Below are positions 1 to 11,987 of a stretch of DNA of 64,000 nt, in pieces. The DNA comes from Octopus sinensis (taxonomy: Eukaryota): positions 104,966,001 to 105,030,000 of the forward strand of contig NC_043002.1 of the NCBI RefSeq assembly GCF_006345805.1, given 5' to 3'. The translations under genes and the position numbers were made by a program. Every line of letters starts with the position of its first letter. The first letter of the stretch is position 1. Below the pieces are notes generated by a model, which was given only the letters and a program-made list of their open reading frames with translations, had not been told where the DNA came from and made no database searches.

Positions 1-350
1 AGAATAAAAAAACATCAAAAAGGATCGTATATAACAGAAGAATTTTTAAAATGTAAAACTTAAGATTAGGTTTATCCGTGGAAAGAAAAGCCTACGGAAA
101 AGACCACGATAACGTCAGGCAGGGAGGGAATAAACACATGGGAGCAAGTTGCGCTCCCTCTCTCTCTCACACTCTCTCTCTCTCTCTTTCTCTCTCTTTT
201 ATCCATTCACAGGATCATGTTCAAAATGGTTTTGTCACTTGCACGCATCATCTTCGCTACATTCAGCCATCTTTTTTTAAACTTTCACGAGCCAAAACGT
301 GCCTCTCCATCCTCACCTTCCTTTTCAAGTGGTACTTGAAAAAGTTGATG
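1..350. repeat. Partial copy of a dispersed non-coding repeat (second copy at about 61290-61850)
   Basis: Blocks ggttt..ccgtggaaagaaaagcct.cggaaaa.accacg.taac and ttcgctacattca.ccatcttttttaaa...ttccttttcaagtggta recur at about 61590-61850. Confidence 0.7.
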
Positions 351-384
351 AGCGATTGGCCAGAGAGGTGTTTGTCTCTAATCC

Positions 385-572
385 TTTCGCTCTAATCCAA
401 ACACACAAACATACACACATTTTCTGTCAATTTCTGTCTACCAAATCAACTCACAAGGCTTTGTTCGGCCCGAGTCTATAGTAGAAGAGACTTGCCAAAA
501 GTACCACGCAGTGAAACTGAACCCGGAACCATGTGGTCGGTAAGCAAGCTACTTACTACTCAGTCACTCCTG
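385..572 (-). mobile_element. tRNA-derived SINE, family A (5' part)
   Basis: Reverse complement reads caggagtgactgagtagtaagtagcttgct...ggttccgggttcagt...gccttgtgag..gatttggtagac, with A/B-box-like head. Homologous to 37985-38395 and 43480-43680. Confidence 0.75.
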
Positions 573-911
573 TATTAACCAAGGCATTATTTCAACATTA
601 AAGTCTTATATGTTTACCTAATATTTGCAAGGTTTTACAATCCTGTTCCGATGTTTCTCTTTCGACGATGTAGTGTTTGTTTTCAAAAGTATTATGCTGT
701 AAAAATATTCGTTATTTCTTATTCGTTATTTGTATCACAACTGTCCCGTTGCTTCATTTGGGCAATTTGGAGGATGCAGCTTAAGCTACACACGGGAGAA
801 CATCTTTTCTTTTTCAATGCAAGACTCAAACAGGAAGACATGCACAGGATATCAGATTTAAAACACTTAAAACATGTTGACACCATATACATACTTACAC
901 GCACACACACG

Positions 912-958
<47 letters not shown>

Positions 959-967
959 CCTACATGT

Positions 968-1011
<44 letters not shown>

Positions 1012-1156
1012 TTCAATACGCATGCTGGGGGCTTGCAGTCGCCAATACCAATGGCCCTTTTTAAATTGTTACTAGATAATAAGAGTCAATGATATCTTCA
1101 CAAATTATTTTATCGTAAATTATTTTCTCTCGTGAATTATTTGCTCCGTATCGAAA

Positions 1157-1403
1157 TCATTTTCTCACTGGTGGCTGCCATGATTTCGGCGCAAAATGAA
1201 TAATTTGCAGCGCAGACTTCAGCACGACGGGTTGTGAGACTTTATCATTGGTAACGCGTGCTGAGGAAGCTAAGACTATTTTTGCCAGTACGGAAACCGG
1301 TCCACTTGAGTCCAAATACTTGAATGTACGTTGTTGGTAGATTGTCTTAGGCCGTTTGCCTTCAGACGGTTGATTTCTGTAGTTATTATCAGTGTATTTT
1401 GGC
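1157..1403 (-). CDS. Candidate exon of an unidentified host gene (81 open codons: PKYTDNNYRNQPSEGKRPKTIYQQRTFKYL...WQPPVRK*)
   Basis: Non-repetitive, relatively GC/CpG-rich island. Acceptor-like ctcttacttaacag|G at 1404 and a stop-free frame to TGA at 1159-1157. No family recognised. Confidence 0.25.
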
Positions 1404-1837
1404 CTGTTAAGTAAGAGTGTTGACTGCTATTTCCAGCAGGTAGACATACTTAGTATGCCCTTTAATTAATTTTATACATATATATATATATATAATATAT
1501 ATATATATACATACACACACACAGCAGATATATATGCATGTCAGTTTATGGGTGTGTGCATGTTGATATATTCCGAGTGTTCTTATAAGCGTATACCCAT
1601 GCGTACAGGTACGTGATTGTTGGCTGTTCTTGAAAGAGCAGCCAAACTTGTGTGAGCGCAAATAGTCATAAAAACAAGCGAAGTTACGTTCAACAAAATA
1701 GTCATATAATAATATACGCGCCAACCAGAACTGCAAGCTCTGTTGGAATGCGCCTTTTATATATATATTCCAGCGCTAAGGATCATGACGCGCTGCAACA
1801 TGTATTCTCTATCTTCCTATCTCTCTATCTTTCTTTC

Positions 1838-1878
<41 letters not shown>

Positions 1879-2045
1879 AAATCATATGTACACGACATCA
1901 TTTATAGCTTTATACGTTTGTATACTTCCAAATATTTCCCAAAAGATATATCACTTGCCTTTTACTCTCTCAAAGTATATATATATATATATGTGTGTGT
2001 GTATTTATATATACACATATATTTATATAATCATGCATGTAAATG

Positions 2046-2099
<54 letters not shown>

Positions 2100-2143
2100 A
2101 TATATATATATATACACACATACATGTATATGTAAATTTATAT

Positions 2144-2193
<50 letters not shown>

Positions 2194-3187
2194 TGAATGT
2201 ATGTATGTATGCATTTATACATGTATATACACACATATGCATTTGCAAAAATGCACACACGCACAAAAACACACACATATATACTTTTTATTACAAACAC
2301 AATACGATTCAAACAATTGAGCACAATTATATATTCCTTTAAAATATCTGCAAAAATTCACCACAATATAACTTAGACTATGGAACTATAAAAAAATTGC
2401 CATGGAATCAAAATATTCATATGCATAACTACATATATACATACATTTACAAGTGTGTGTCAGTGTGTGTATGTGAGAGAGAGAGAGATTGTGAGAATAA
2501 GATGTATATGTATGTGTTTGCTTTCGTGTGTGCATGAATATTTATGTGACGTGAAAGGTAAAGATCTTCCATTGAAAATGGCATAACATAGAAGAGAGAA
2601 ACACAAGAGGCGATAGAACTTCAACTAAAATATATGCAAAAAAATTGTACAAGGAACCGTCAAACAACTAACAAAGTAACTCTAATAATATATACAAATT
2701 AAAAACATATTTGACGAACAAGTAAATTCTTTTTCCGCGCACAATAACATTAAACTAGCAACGGCACATCTTTCTAATGATATCCCAATTGTATAAGAAT
2801 ATGTTTATTTTTTCATACATTCGTCTTTTGAGGAATCGATGATAAACAGATGTATAAATATGTAAAATGTAAACTTAGTCACATAGATTTCATTATGTAT
2901 GCTACATGTATTTGGAATACTACATTAGATGAGAGCTAACTAGTGTACAACGGTGGTACAGCACATTGAACATGGGGACATCTACCGAAAAGGAAATAAG
3001 TTTTTCGTCGAAAACATACAAATATTTATGTTCAATTTATTGGCCAATATAAATAATCTAAAAACACATGCGCACTTACAGCATATCACAGATATATGTC
3101 CATGCGTGTGTTTCACTTTCTCTCTGTATCTATATATAAATATGTTCGTACAGGTAAATACTTATGTATTTAAGCACACCCACACCC

Positions 3188-3218
<31 letters not shown>

Positions 3219-3231
3219 ATTATATATATAT

Positions 3232-3264
<33 letters not shown>

Positions 3265-3287
3265 ATTATATATATTATATATATATA

Positions 3288-3325
<38 letters not shown>

Positions 3326-3369
3326 GTGATAGTGTATGTATGCATATATTTTTATATGTGTGTATATAC

Positions 3370-3415
<46 letters not shown>

Positions 3416-3502
3416 TATATCTGAGTGTGTGTGTGGTGTGTCTGTATTCACACATATACATATGGATATACATAGAAACATACATACATAAATACATATA
3501 TG

Positions 3503-3548
<46 letters not shown>

Positions 3549-3616
3549 TACAGTCAGACAGACAGAAAGTGTTAATAGATAGATAAACAAATAGAGATTG
3601 ATAGATAGATAGATAG

Positions 3617-3655
<39 letters not shown>

Positions 3656-4067
3656 GATAGATAGATAGACAGAGATACACGCACGAAAATATCAACATAT
3701 TCGTTAGTTATTCAATATTGATAATGGTGTCTTGTGTGAAGATATGACAGGAGGAAACAAAGAATCTGTGTACTTATCGCACGTGTTAAGTATTTGTGGA
3801 TATGAGGGGTTCAAAACAACGTTAGTTTAAAAATGAATTAATAGGTTTATATATAATAAATACGAGAAACTCATGTGTTGTTTTTCTTTGTTTTGCTTTG
3901 TTTTTTGCATTTTTGCTTTTATTTTCAGAAATTATATTCCATTATTACCGTTTTCAGCAAGAATATTGGTTTTTGCTGCAACATGGAATTTTTATAACAG
4001 AAGTATGCTGCATTTTCTAAATACGTATTAATATTTCGCTTCCTTTCCAAATTTATTTCCAAGTACA

Positions 4068-4452
4068 CTGGAAGCACTCCGTCGGTTACGACGACGAGGG
4101 TTCCGGTTGATCCGAATCAACGGAACAGCCTGCTCGTGAAATTAACGTGTAAGTGGCTGAGCACTCCACAAACACGTGTACCCTTAACGTAGTTCTCGGG
4201 GATATTCAGGGTGACACAGAGAGTGACAAGGCCGGCCCTTTCAAATAGAGGTACAACAGAAACAGGAAAGAGAGTGAAAGAAAGTTGTGGTGAAAGAGTA
4301 CAGCAGGGATCACCACCATCCCCTGCCGGAGCCTCGTCGAACTTTAGGTGATTTCGCTCAATAAACACTCACAACGCCTGGTCTGGGAATCGAAACCGCG
4401 ATCCTATGACCACGAGTCCGCTGCCCTAACCATTGGACCATTGCGCCTCCCC
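4068..4452 (-). mobile_element. tRNA-derived SINE, family B, full length
   Basis: Reverse complement begins ggaggcgcaatggtccaatggttagggcagcggactcgtggtcataggatcgcggtttcgattccc (A and B boxes). High identity to 41508-41895 and 58350-58708. Confidence 0.85.
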
Positions 4453-4501
4453 ATTTTCAAGTATATACAATTGCTTACATATAAGGATACATTATCTTAT
4501 T

Positions 4502-4779
4502 ATATCTATGGACAGGCATTCTGCCAATAAAATTTCAAATAAGCACAAGTCCTTCTTCTATGCCGCTGCTTATTTTGCTAATCAAGTATTCAATGGTTTC
4601 TTTATCGAGTTGATTGAAAATTGGTTGTCAGTTTTGTCTTTGAGGGTCATTTCGTCGCTATTCGGAACCTCATCATTCACGTACTTTCACTCTTCAAATG
4701 TTGCCTCCATTCTGACTGAGAACTAGACTTCTGCCTTTGTGTGATTGTGCATATACGTATGTATGAATTTATGTATATA

Positions 4780-4824
<45 letters not shown>

Positions 4825-4851
4825 GAAGATATGGGCGAGTTTACGTATGGG
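4502..4851. repeat. Local duplicated unit, copy 1 (copy 2 at 7049-7371)
   Basis: atatctatggacaggcattctgccaataaaatttcaaataagcacaag...ttatgaagatatggg.gagtttac.tatggg occurs twice with few substitutions. ORFs 4433..4726 and 7055..7273 are near-identical. Confidence 0.9.
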
Positions 4852-4990
4852 TGTGCTTTCTCGTGTTTGAGTGTGTGTTTGTGATTCGTGTATGTCTGTA
4901 TGTGTGTCTATGGTGTGACCTAATTTTGTTAATTAAATGATTAAATTAAATGATTAAGCGTTTGCATATATCTGTACGTATCTGTCTACA

Positions 4991-4996
4991 TTTATT
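4991..4996 (-). promoter_or_regulatory. Candidate polyadenylation signal AATAAA
   Basis: tttatt on the + strand, about 180 nt downstream (minus strand) of the stop of the candidate exon at 5172-5374. Confidence 0.25.
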
Positions 4997-5171
4997 CAAT
5001 CCATTCCCATAAGGTATGGATTTCTCAATTATTTTCCATTTAATCACATGCGGTGTTTCGTTATCCTTCAAAGTCCATACGTAGTTAGCCAACTTAATAG
5101 CTTCACTTTTGTCTCTGTCGGAAGGAGTCTATGTGATTGGCATAACGATTTTTAAATACTCCTTCACATAA

Positions 5172-5374
5172 TCAAACGTAGGTCTTCTTATCAGTTGTAT
5201 TATCATTTAGGGTTGCAGTAACTTCTGCTTCATTATATGACGGATTCAGTCTCATATCGTTGGTCAAGTGGACAGGATCCTGGGCAGCGACAGGTGCAGC
5301 TGGATTCAGGTTCTGGGTGATGACCACGTGCAATGACACTCGTCATACTTGGACAGCAGCTTTATGGTAATTTT
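5172..5374 (-). CDS. Candidate terminal exon: xNYHKAAVQV-UGA-RVSLHVVITQNLNPAAPVAAQDPVHLTNDMRLNPSYNEAEVTATLNDNTTDKKTYV*
   Basis: Unique-sequence island between microsatellites. Acceptor cacacatacag| at 5375, purine-first codon bias, NPSY and C-terminal T-Y-V, downstream AATAAA. One in-frame TGA at 5345-5343. Confidence 0.4.
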
Positions 5375-6294
5375 CTGTATGTGTGAGTAGCTGAAAAGTG
5401 TTTGTCTAGGATTGACAGGAATCTATTACATATGTTAGATTTATATCAAGGGAAAAGGGAGGGCGAACCAAATGATTTTTCTAGGCCTATTTTTTGGTTT
5501 CCTCATATTTTGATTAATACTAGGTATACACATATGTATGCATGTATATATATAAATATGATATATATGTATATGAATATATATAAATATGATATATATA
5601 TATATATATATCCTCGTATATATGTATGTATATTATATATATATATATATCTAGATACACATATAAAGGAATACATGTGTGAGTGTGTGTGTGTGTGTAT
5701 GTGTGTGTGTATGTGTGTGTGTGTGATATATGCATGGTATGTATGTATAAACATGAAGATGTGGAAAAACAAATTTCTTTTAACAATTAATTATTCAACG
5801 ACGGAATCAGCATAAAAAGTAGCGAAGTTAATGAAGAAAACACATTATCAATCATTATTAATTATCTTTTTATTTCAACAAGTACAGGAAACAAGTCCAG
5901 GCATGTTTCAGTCATATTATGAAGTACTTGTCGGAGAAATAATAGAAGAATTAATTAGTAAATTGCCAGGAGATTAACATTACTAATTATCTTGTCACAG
6001 TGAACTGTCATTGTAATTAGACACAGAGATCTTCAGCGTTAACTAGCCACCTGTAGAAATTTGCGGAAAAATTTGAAGATGCTGGCATAGCAACTCTCTG
6101 AGGCGCTCATTTTGTGATACATGTTTATTTCCTTCAGTGCCTTGAGTGTGGTTTATCTGTGTGTAGATGGCGAGCAAACCTTTAAGTGTCTAGCAGGAAT
6201 GATGAGACTCTTAATATCAGTTTGTCTCAAGTATGATCGAGTCTGCGTTACAATAATTCTAAATGTGGTTATTCCATCTTGTCTTTGTTATATC

Positions 6295-6612
6295 TAAACA
6301 TCACCGTGGTCACCGTGACCGACCAGGCTATCAGATGTTGCTACACATCGCTGGTCACAATGCGCTTTGCATTGTTTTAGCCTTCAAGTGACGCCACCCC
6401 GCTGGCTAAGCGAGCAGGCCAACAGAAGAAACGGTGAGAGGAAGTTGTGGCGAAAGAGTACAGCAGGGATCGCCACCACCTCCTGCAGGAGCCTCGTGGA
6501 GCTTTAGGTGTTTTCGCTCAATAAACACTCGCAGCACCCGGTCTGGGAATCAAAACCGCGATCCTACAACCGCGAGTGCACTACCCTAACCACTGGGCCA
6601 TTGCACCTCCAC
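6295..6612 (-). mobile_element. tRNA-derived SINE sharing the family B head but with a different 3' tail
   Basis: First about 190 nt match family B (ggaggtgcaatggcccagtggttaggg...gctccacgaggctcc...gtactctttcgccacaac). It then diverges to ggcctgctcgcttagccagcggggtggcgtcacttgaaggc... Confidence 0.8.
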
Positions 6613-6997
6613 ATATCTAAACATACAGTTCCCCCAACCGATCACACTGACTACTTACAATTTCAGATCATAACGTACGTAGTTGTGCCTGCTAAATATG
6701 TCTACGCTCACACACATTTTTAAATGTCCTCATGCGGGCACTCACGGATGGCCTTTAACTGCAGGTAGTCTCCCTAGGAGGAAACCTGTGGTCAAAAGTT
6801 TTCCACGAGAAACAGGTAGGGGGATTATCTCTGATTATAACATGAAGAAAATTACGGATGAAAACGACCTATTTATATCGCTGATCATCGAACAGGGAAA
6901 GAGGAAATACGACGATATTTTAAGCAAGATTGGAATCCAGAAAGTTAAGCATTGATGACCTAACACATTTTCTAAAATTATAAATCCCTTACCTCAC

Positions 6998-7422
6998 GGT
7001 CAAATGCGTATAAACAGTGATAGTCTGTGAGTCTGAAGAAAAAACTGGATATCTATGGACAGGCATTCTGCCAATAAAATTTCAAATAAGCACAAGAACT
7101 TCTTCCTAGCCGCTGCTTATTTTGCTAATCAAGTATTCAATGGTTTCTTTATCGTGTTGATTGAAAATTGGTTGTCAGTTTTGTCTTTGAGGGTCATTTC
7201 GTCGCTATTCGGAACCTCATCATTCACGTACTTTCACTCTTCAAATTTTGCCTCCATTCTGACTGGGAACTAGACTTCTGCCTGTGTGTGATTGTGCATA
7301 TACGTATGTATGTATGAATTTATGTATATATATATATATATTATGAAGATATGGGTGAGTTTACTTATGGGTCAAATGAGTATAAACAGTGATAGTCTGT
7401 GAGTCTGAAGAAAAAAGTGGAT
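6998..7422. repeat. Duplicated unit copy 2 (7049-7371) bracketed by a roughly 53-bp direct repeat (6998-7050 and 7370-7422)
   Basis: ggtcaaatg(c/a)gtataaacagtgatagtctgtgagtctgaagaaaaaa(c/g)tggat flanks both sides. Confidence 0.85.
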
Positions 7423-7972
7423 AATTCTGCGTGGTAATGTAAACTCAAAAAGAAATGAGTGTCCACTGAAGACGCCCAGCAACTAAAAATTATATTATGT
7501 GAATAGTTTAAATCTTATGAATGACCGCAGCTAATATCTTGTGTAACGCTTAACTCCACGCCAGCCCATTGTAGCAGATATATTCCATATGTTAAAACGT
7601 GACCCATCTGTTTCCATTCCGTTTCTGTTTGAGTGTCTAGAAATATATAATTCCATATAACCTTCATTCTTAAAAGGGTCTGTAATTATTACTCTGCTAT
7701 TTCAAAGACGTCTGACTGACGTCCTTGGTACGTAGATATATTTGGGATGTGATTTAGGGAGATCAGAAAGAAGAAAATCTAGTAAAGAAGAAAATTTGCC
7801 CTCAAATATTTCAGTATACAGCAATCCTTCGACTATTGCGGTTGTTACGTTCCAAAAACCCCGCGTTAAATGAAAATCCGTGAAGTAGGGACAGTACTGT
7901 ACTGTATATATATATATATATATATTATCGCCTAACATCGGTTGAGGACTCTCACAAACAAAAGAATCTAAT

Positions 7973-10098
7973 ATGGACGCATATCACATAGATTATTCTA
8001 TGAAAAATATACCGATCCCATCAAAGGATTTTTACTCTAAGAAACTTCTGCAAAAAATTACTGATGTAATTAAGCGTATGAGATGGAAGGCTTTCTTTTT
8101 TGACACAGAAGCGAACACCAAGGAAAACATTTGCTATCGGATAAAATCCAAAAAATTCCCTCCTAGGATTAAAGGCTTGGAAGATTTCGAAGCGGACCTG
8201 CTGAAGATCATGAGCAAAATAAAGTTTCGTAAGTCTTTTAACAATTTCCAACATAAATTGAAAAAAGATATTGATCATATAAAAAGCTCCAAGAAAAAAG
8301 CACTTTTTTCGGATAAAACCAAGAACTTATACCTGGTAGATAACAGCAAATACACACAACTCTTACACAACAGCATCATTAATAATTATACTAAGGCTAG
8401 GGCACAGACATATAACGAAATTAATAAAGAAGCTAGCGTCATCGCCGCTAAACTTAAATTAGATAAAAAAATAGAAACCCTCCCCAAAAAGAGGCCTTTA
8501 TTACTATTAAAGACCACAAAGAAAACTTCCTTTCCAACCCTAAATGTAGGCTTATCAACCCAGCCAAGTCAGAACTAGGGATTATTAGCAAAGAAATTTT
8601 AGATAAAATAAATACGAAAATTAAGACCGATACTAGGCTAGTGCAATGGTCCAATAGTATAGAAGTCGTAGACTGGTTTAAAGCTATTAAGAATAAGAAA
8701 AAAGCGAGGTTTACACAATTCGACATTGTTGATTTTTATGCCTCTATCTCCAAAGAACTGCTAGATAAAGCCCTAATCTTCGCTAGTGACTTCATAGAAA
8801 TTAGTACCAATGATAAGGATATAATCTTCCATGCTAGAAAGACATTACTTTTCAGTGAGAATGCAAAGTGGGTAAAAAACACCGACACGGAGGGCGCTTT
8901 CGATGTGAGCATGGGTTCATATGATGGGGCAGGCATCTGTGATCTAATTGGACTCTTTCTCCTAGATACCTTCGGTAAGACATTCCCTAACGTACATTTC
9001 GCCATCTACAAAGATGATGCCCTCGCCTTAACAGCTAATACAAATGGACCAGCACAAGATCGTTTTAGGAAGGATATTATCCAGTTAATGAAACACTTCG
9101 GACTTAGTATAACTATAGACACTAACCTGACGGTTGTCAATTTCTTAGACGTTTCCTTAGATCTTAATAATAATATTTATAAGCCTTATAGGAAGCCCAA
9201 TGATAGACTAAGTTATATTAATGTAGGTTCATGCCATCCCCCTATAGTATTCAAAAATTTAGTTAAAAATATTAGTAAAAGGATTTCTAGCCTCTCATCT
9301 AATGAGGACATCTTCAATAGCGTTGCCCCAGTTTATAATAAAGCTTTAAAAGATAGTGGTTTTAGCGAAAAAATAAAATATACACCTATCACCAGCCCAA
9401 TAATAAGGAAAAGGAATAATAGAAATAGGAAGGTCATCTGGTTTACGCCCCCTTACTCACCCGAGATGGCCTTCAATATAGGTAAATATTTCCTAGCACT
9501 GATAGATAGACATTTTCCAGTTAACCATGCTTATAGGAAGCTCTTCAATAGACACAATTTAAAAATTAGTTTTAGTTCAACTACCAATTTTAAAAACATA
9601 ATCAATCATAACATACAAAAAACACAAGAAGAAAACAGCTGTTCATGCAGGAATAAAGAATTGTGCCCGCTAAATGGAGCTTGCATGTCCAAGACCATCA
9701 TATATGAAGCTACCGTAAACTCTATAACCACTAAAGACACCGTTTCGACGAAGAAATACGTGGGCCTGACAGAGGGTAATTTCAAGGCCAGGTTCAATAA
9801 CCACACTTTGAGCTTTAGGCACTGGAACAAAAGAAAAGCGACACAATTATCCAATCATATTTGGTCTTTAAGAGATAAAGGTGTCGATTATAACATACAA
9901 TGGAAGATTTTGGCCAGATGTAAGCCCTATACTAACGGCAGCGGAAGGTGCGGTTTATGCGACATGGAGAGATGGCTTATCTGGAAAAGCAGCTTAGACC
10001 CTACTACATGTCTAAATACAAGGACAGAGCTTTTCGGATCATGCCCACATGTGACTAAATTTCTGTTATGTTTTTGGTCCCCTAAAGAAAACGGATAG
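7973..10098 (+). pseudogene. PLE polyprotein (RT + GIY-YIG endonuclease), about 708 aa if one frameshift near 8486-8490 is repaired
   Basis: ORF 7973..8578 and ORF 8641..10098 join when one base is added in the A-run of ctccccaaaaagaggcc, restoring KEAFITIKDHKENFLSNPKCRLINPAKSELG. No other stops. Confidence 0.85.
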
Positions 10099-10292
10099 AA
10101 CATGCTTTCTGTGTTATGTCCCAAGAAGATTTTATATATTTTTATATATTTTTATATATTTTTATGTATTTTTATATAATTTTTATGACGAAAAATGCGA
10201 GCGATGTATAAGTACGCAGGCAAAGCAGAGTTATAACAGAGTAATTTCCCTTCATTTTTAACGGTATTTTTTCATAGCGTTTTCAAATAGCC

Positions 10293-10355
10293 AGATAACC
10301 GAAGAGATGGTGCTGTGGATTTCCACTTCGGCATCTGAAACTCAGAGTTTTATCT
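10293..10355 (+). ncRNA. Type I hammerhead-ribozyme-like fold in the PLE 3' end (variant core)
   Basis: Stem I AGATAA(10293-98)/TTATCT(10350-55). Core CCGAAGA (U4C versus CUGANGA). Stem II GATG/CATC enclosing a GTGG-ATTT-CCAC hairpin. Extra T, then GAAA. Palindromic stem III ACTC-A-GAGT. NUH site GUU. Confidence 0.6.
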
Positions 10356-10384
10356 TGACTACCGAGTAATGTAACATATTGTAT

Positions 10385-10427
10385 AAATATATATATTATA
10401 TATATATATACACACATTACTATTACT

Positions 10428-10518
<91 letters not shown>

Positions 10519-10538
10519 GTAGTAGTAGTAGTAGTAGT

Positions 10539-10582
<44 letters not shown>

Positions 10583-10595
10583 TGTAGTAGTAGTA
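10385..10595. repeat. Compound (TA)n/(TTA)n/(TAG)n microsatellite
   Basis: Seen directly. Confidence 0.95.
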
Positions 10596-11004
10596 ATTTA
10601 GAATGAGAAGGCTGCGAACAAGCTACTTAACACAATATCCTTAATACTTTTTGATTTGCAAAAGGTACATAAATAGGCGAGAGGGAGGAGACGTCGATCA
10701 CATCACATCACATACCCACATGGCTAGTATTCAACAGGATAAGGTGATGCAGATGACTTTAAGTGACGAAGTATTAACGTAGAGGGAACCGTTGAATTGC
10801 AGGGAAAACAATTCGTCCAGTATTTCGTTAATCCTATGGAAACTTGAAATACAGAAAATCTTTTCCAGAGACACTTGACACAGGCACGACGTCAATTAAA
10901 GGATAGATTAAAAGTTTTAATTACTTAAATTTTTTCTGGAAACACTTAAGATAGTATCCCTTTCAATATTCATATACATACATACGTACGTACATACATG
11001 CATA

Positions 11005-11729
<725 letters not shown>

Positions 11730-11922
11730 GAAAGAATGGAGTTGAACGACGATTTAACAAAATTCCTTTATTCTCGACATATGTTTCGAAGGCTGCATAT
11801 TCCTAATTTTGAAGGAATAAGGGGTGAATTATGCCGCCTTCTCATCAGGAAAAACAAGGAACTTATGTTAGCATCAAGATGAACAAAAACTCTTAGATGG
11901 CTGCCCATACGGAGTCCATAGC

Positions 11923-11987
<65 letters not shown>

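Larger units (their letters stand above)
7940..10380 (+). mobile_element. Penelope-like retroelement (PLE), probably Naiad-type, near full length
   Basis: N-terminal YSMKNIPIPS...KRMRWKAFFF. RT motifs QFDIVDFY.SIS, FDVSMGSYDGA, IYKDDAL, NFLDVSLDL. Linker VIWFTPPYS and CSC...CPLNGAC. GIY-YIG-type IIYEATV...KYVGLTEG.FK.RFNNH. C-terminal CGLC...CPH. Confidence 0.9.

Noticed and set aside
1022-1064. GLAVANTNGP resembles the PLE RT segment LALTANTNGP at about 9020-9050
   Set aside because: Only about 10 residues, and neither flank aligns. Cannot be distinguished from chance.
651-3698. Many ORFs with [12 protein letters not shown] runs, here and throughout the window (e.g. 37722-38095, 54331-55047, 60603-62444)
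   Set aside because: They are translations of (TA)n, (CA)n and (GATA)n microsatellites that lack stops in some frames.
5195-5370. Plus-strand open frame VAVTSASLYDGF...TWTAALW with AG/GT boundaries
   Set aside because: It is the antisense frame of the minus-strand candidate, and its Trp richness mirrors CCA codons. Disfavoured but not excluded.
8480-8495. Programmed -1 frameshift in the PLE ORF
   Set aside because: The in-frame context C-AAA-AAG is not a canonical X-XXY-YYZ heptamer, and PLEs normally have a single ORF. A 1-nt deletion or homopolymer error is simpler.
9620-10098. Selenocysteine recoding as reported for some Naiad PLEs
   Set aside because: All conserved Cys positions in the C-terminal region are TGT/TGC, and there is no in-frame TGA.
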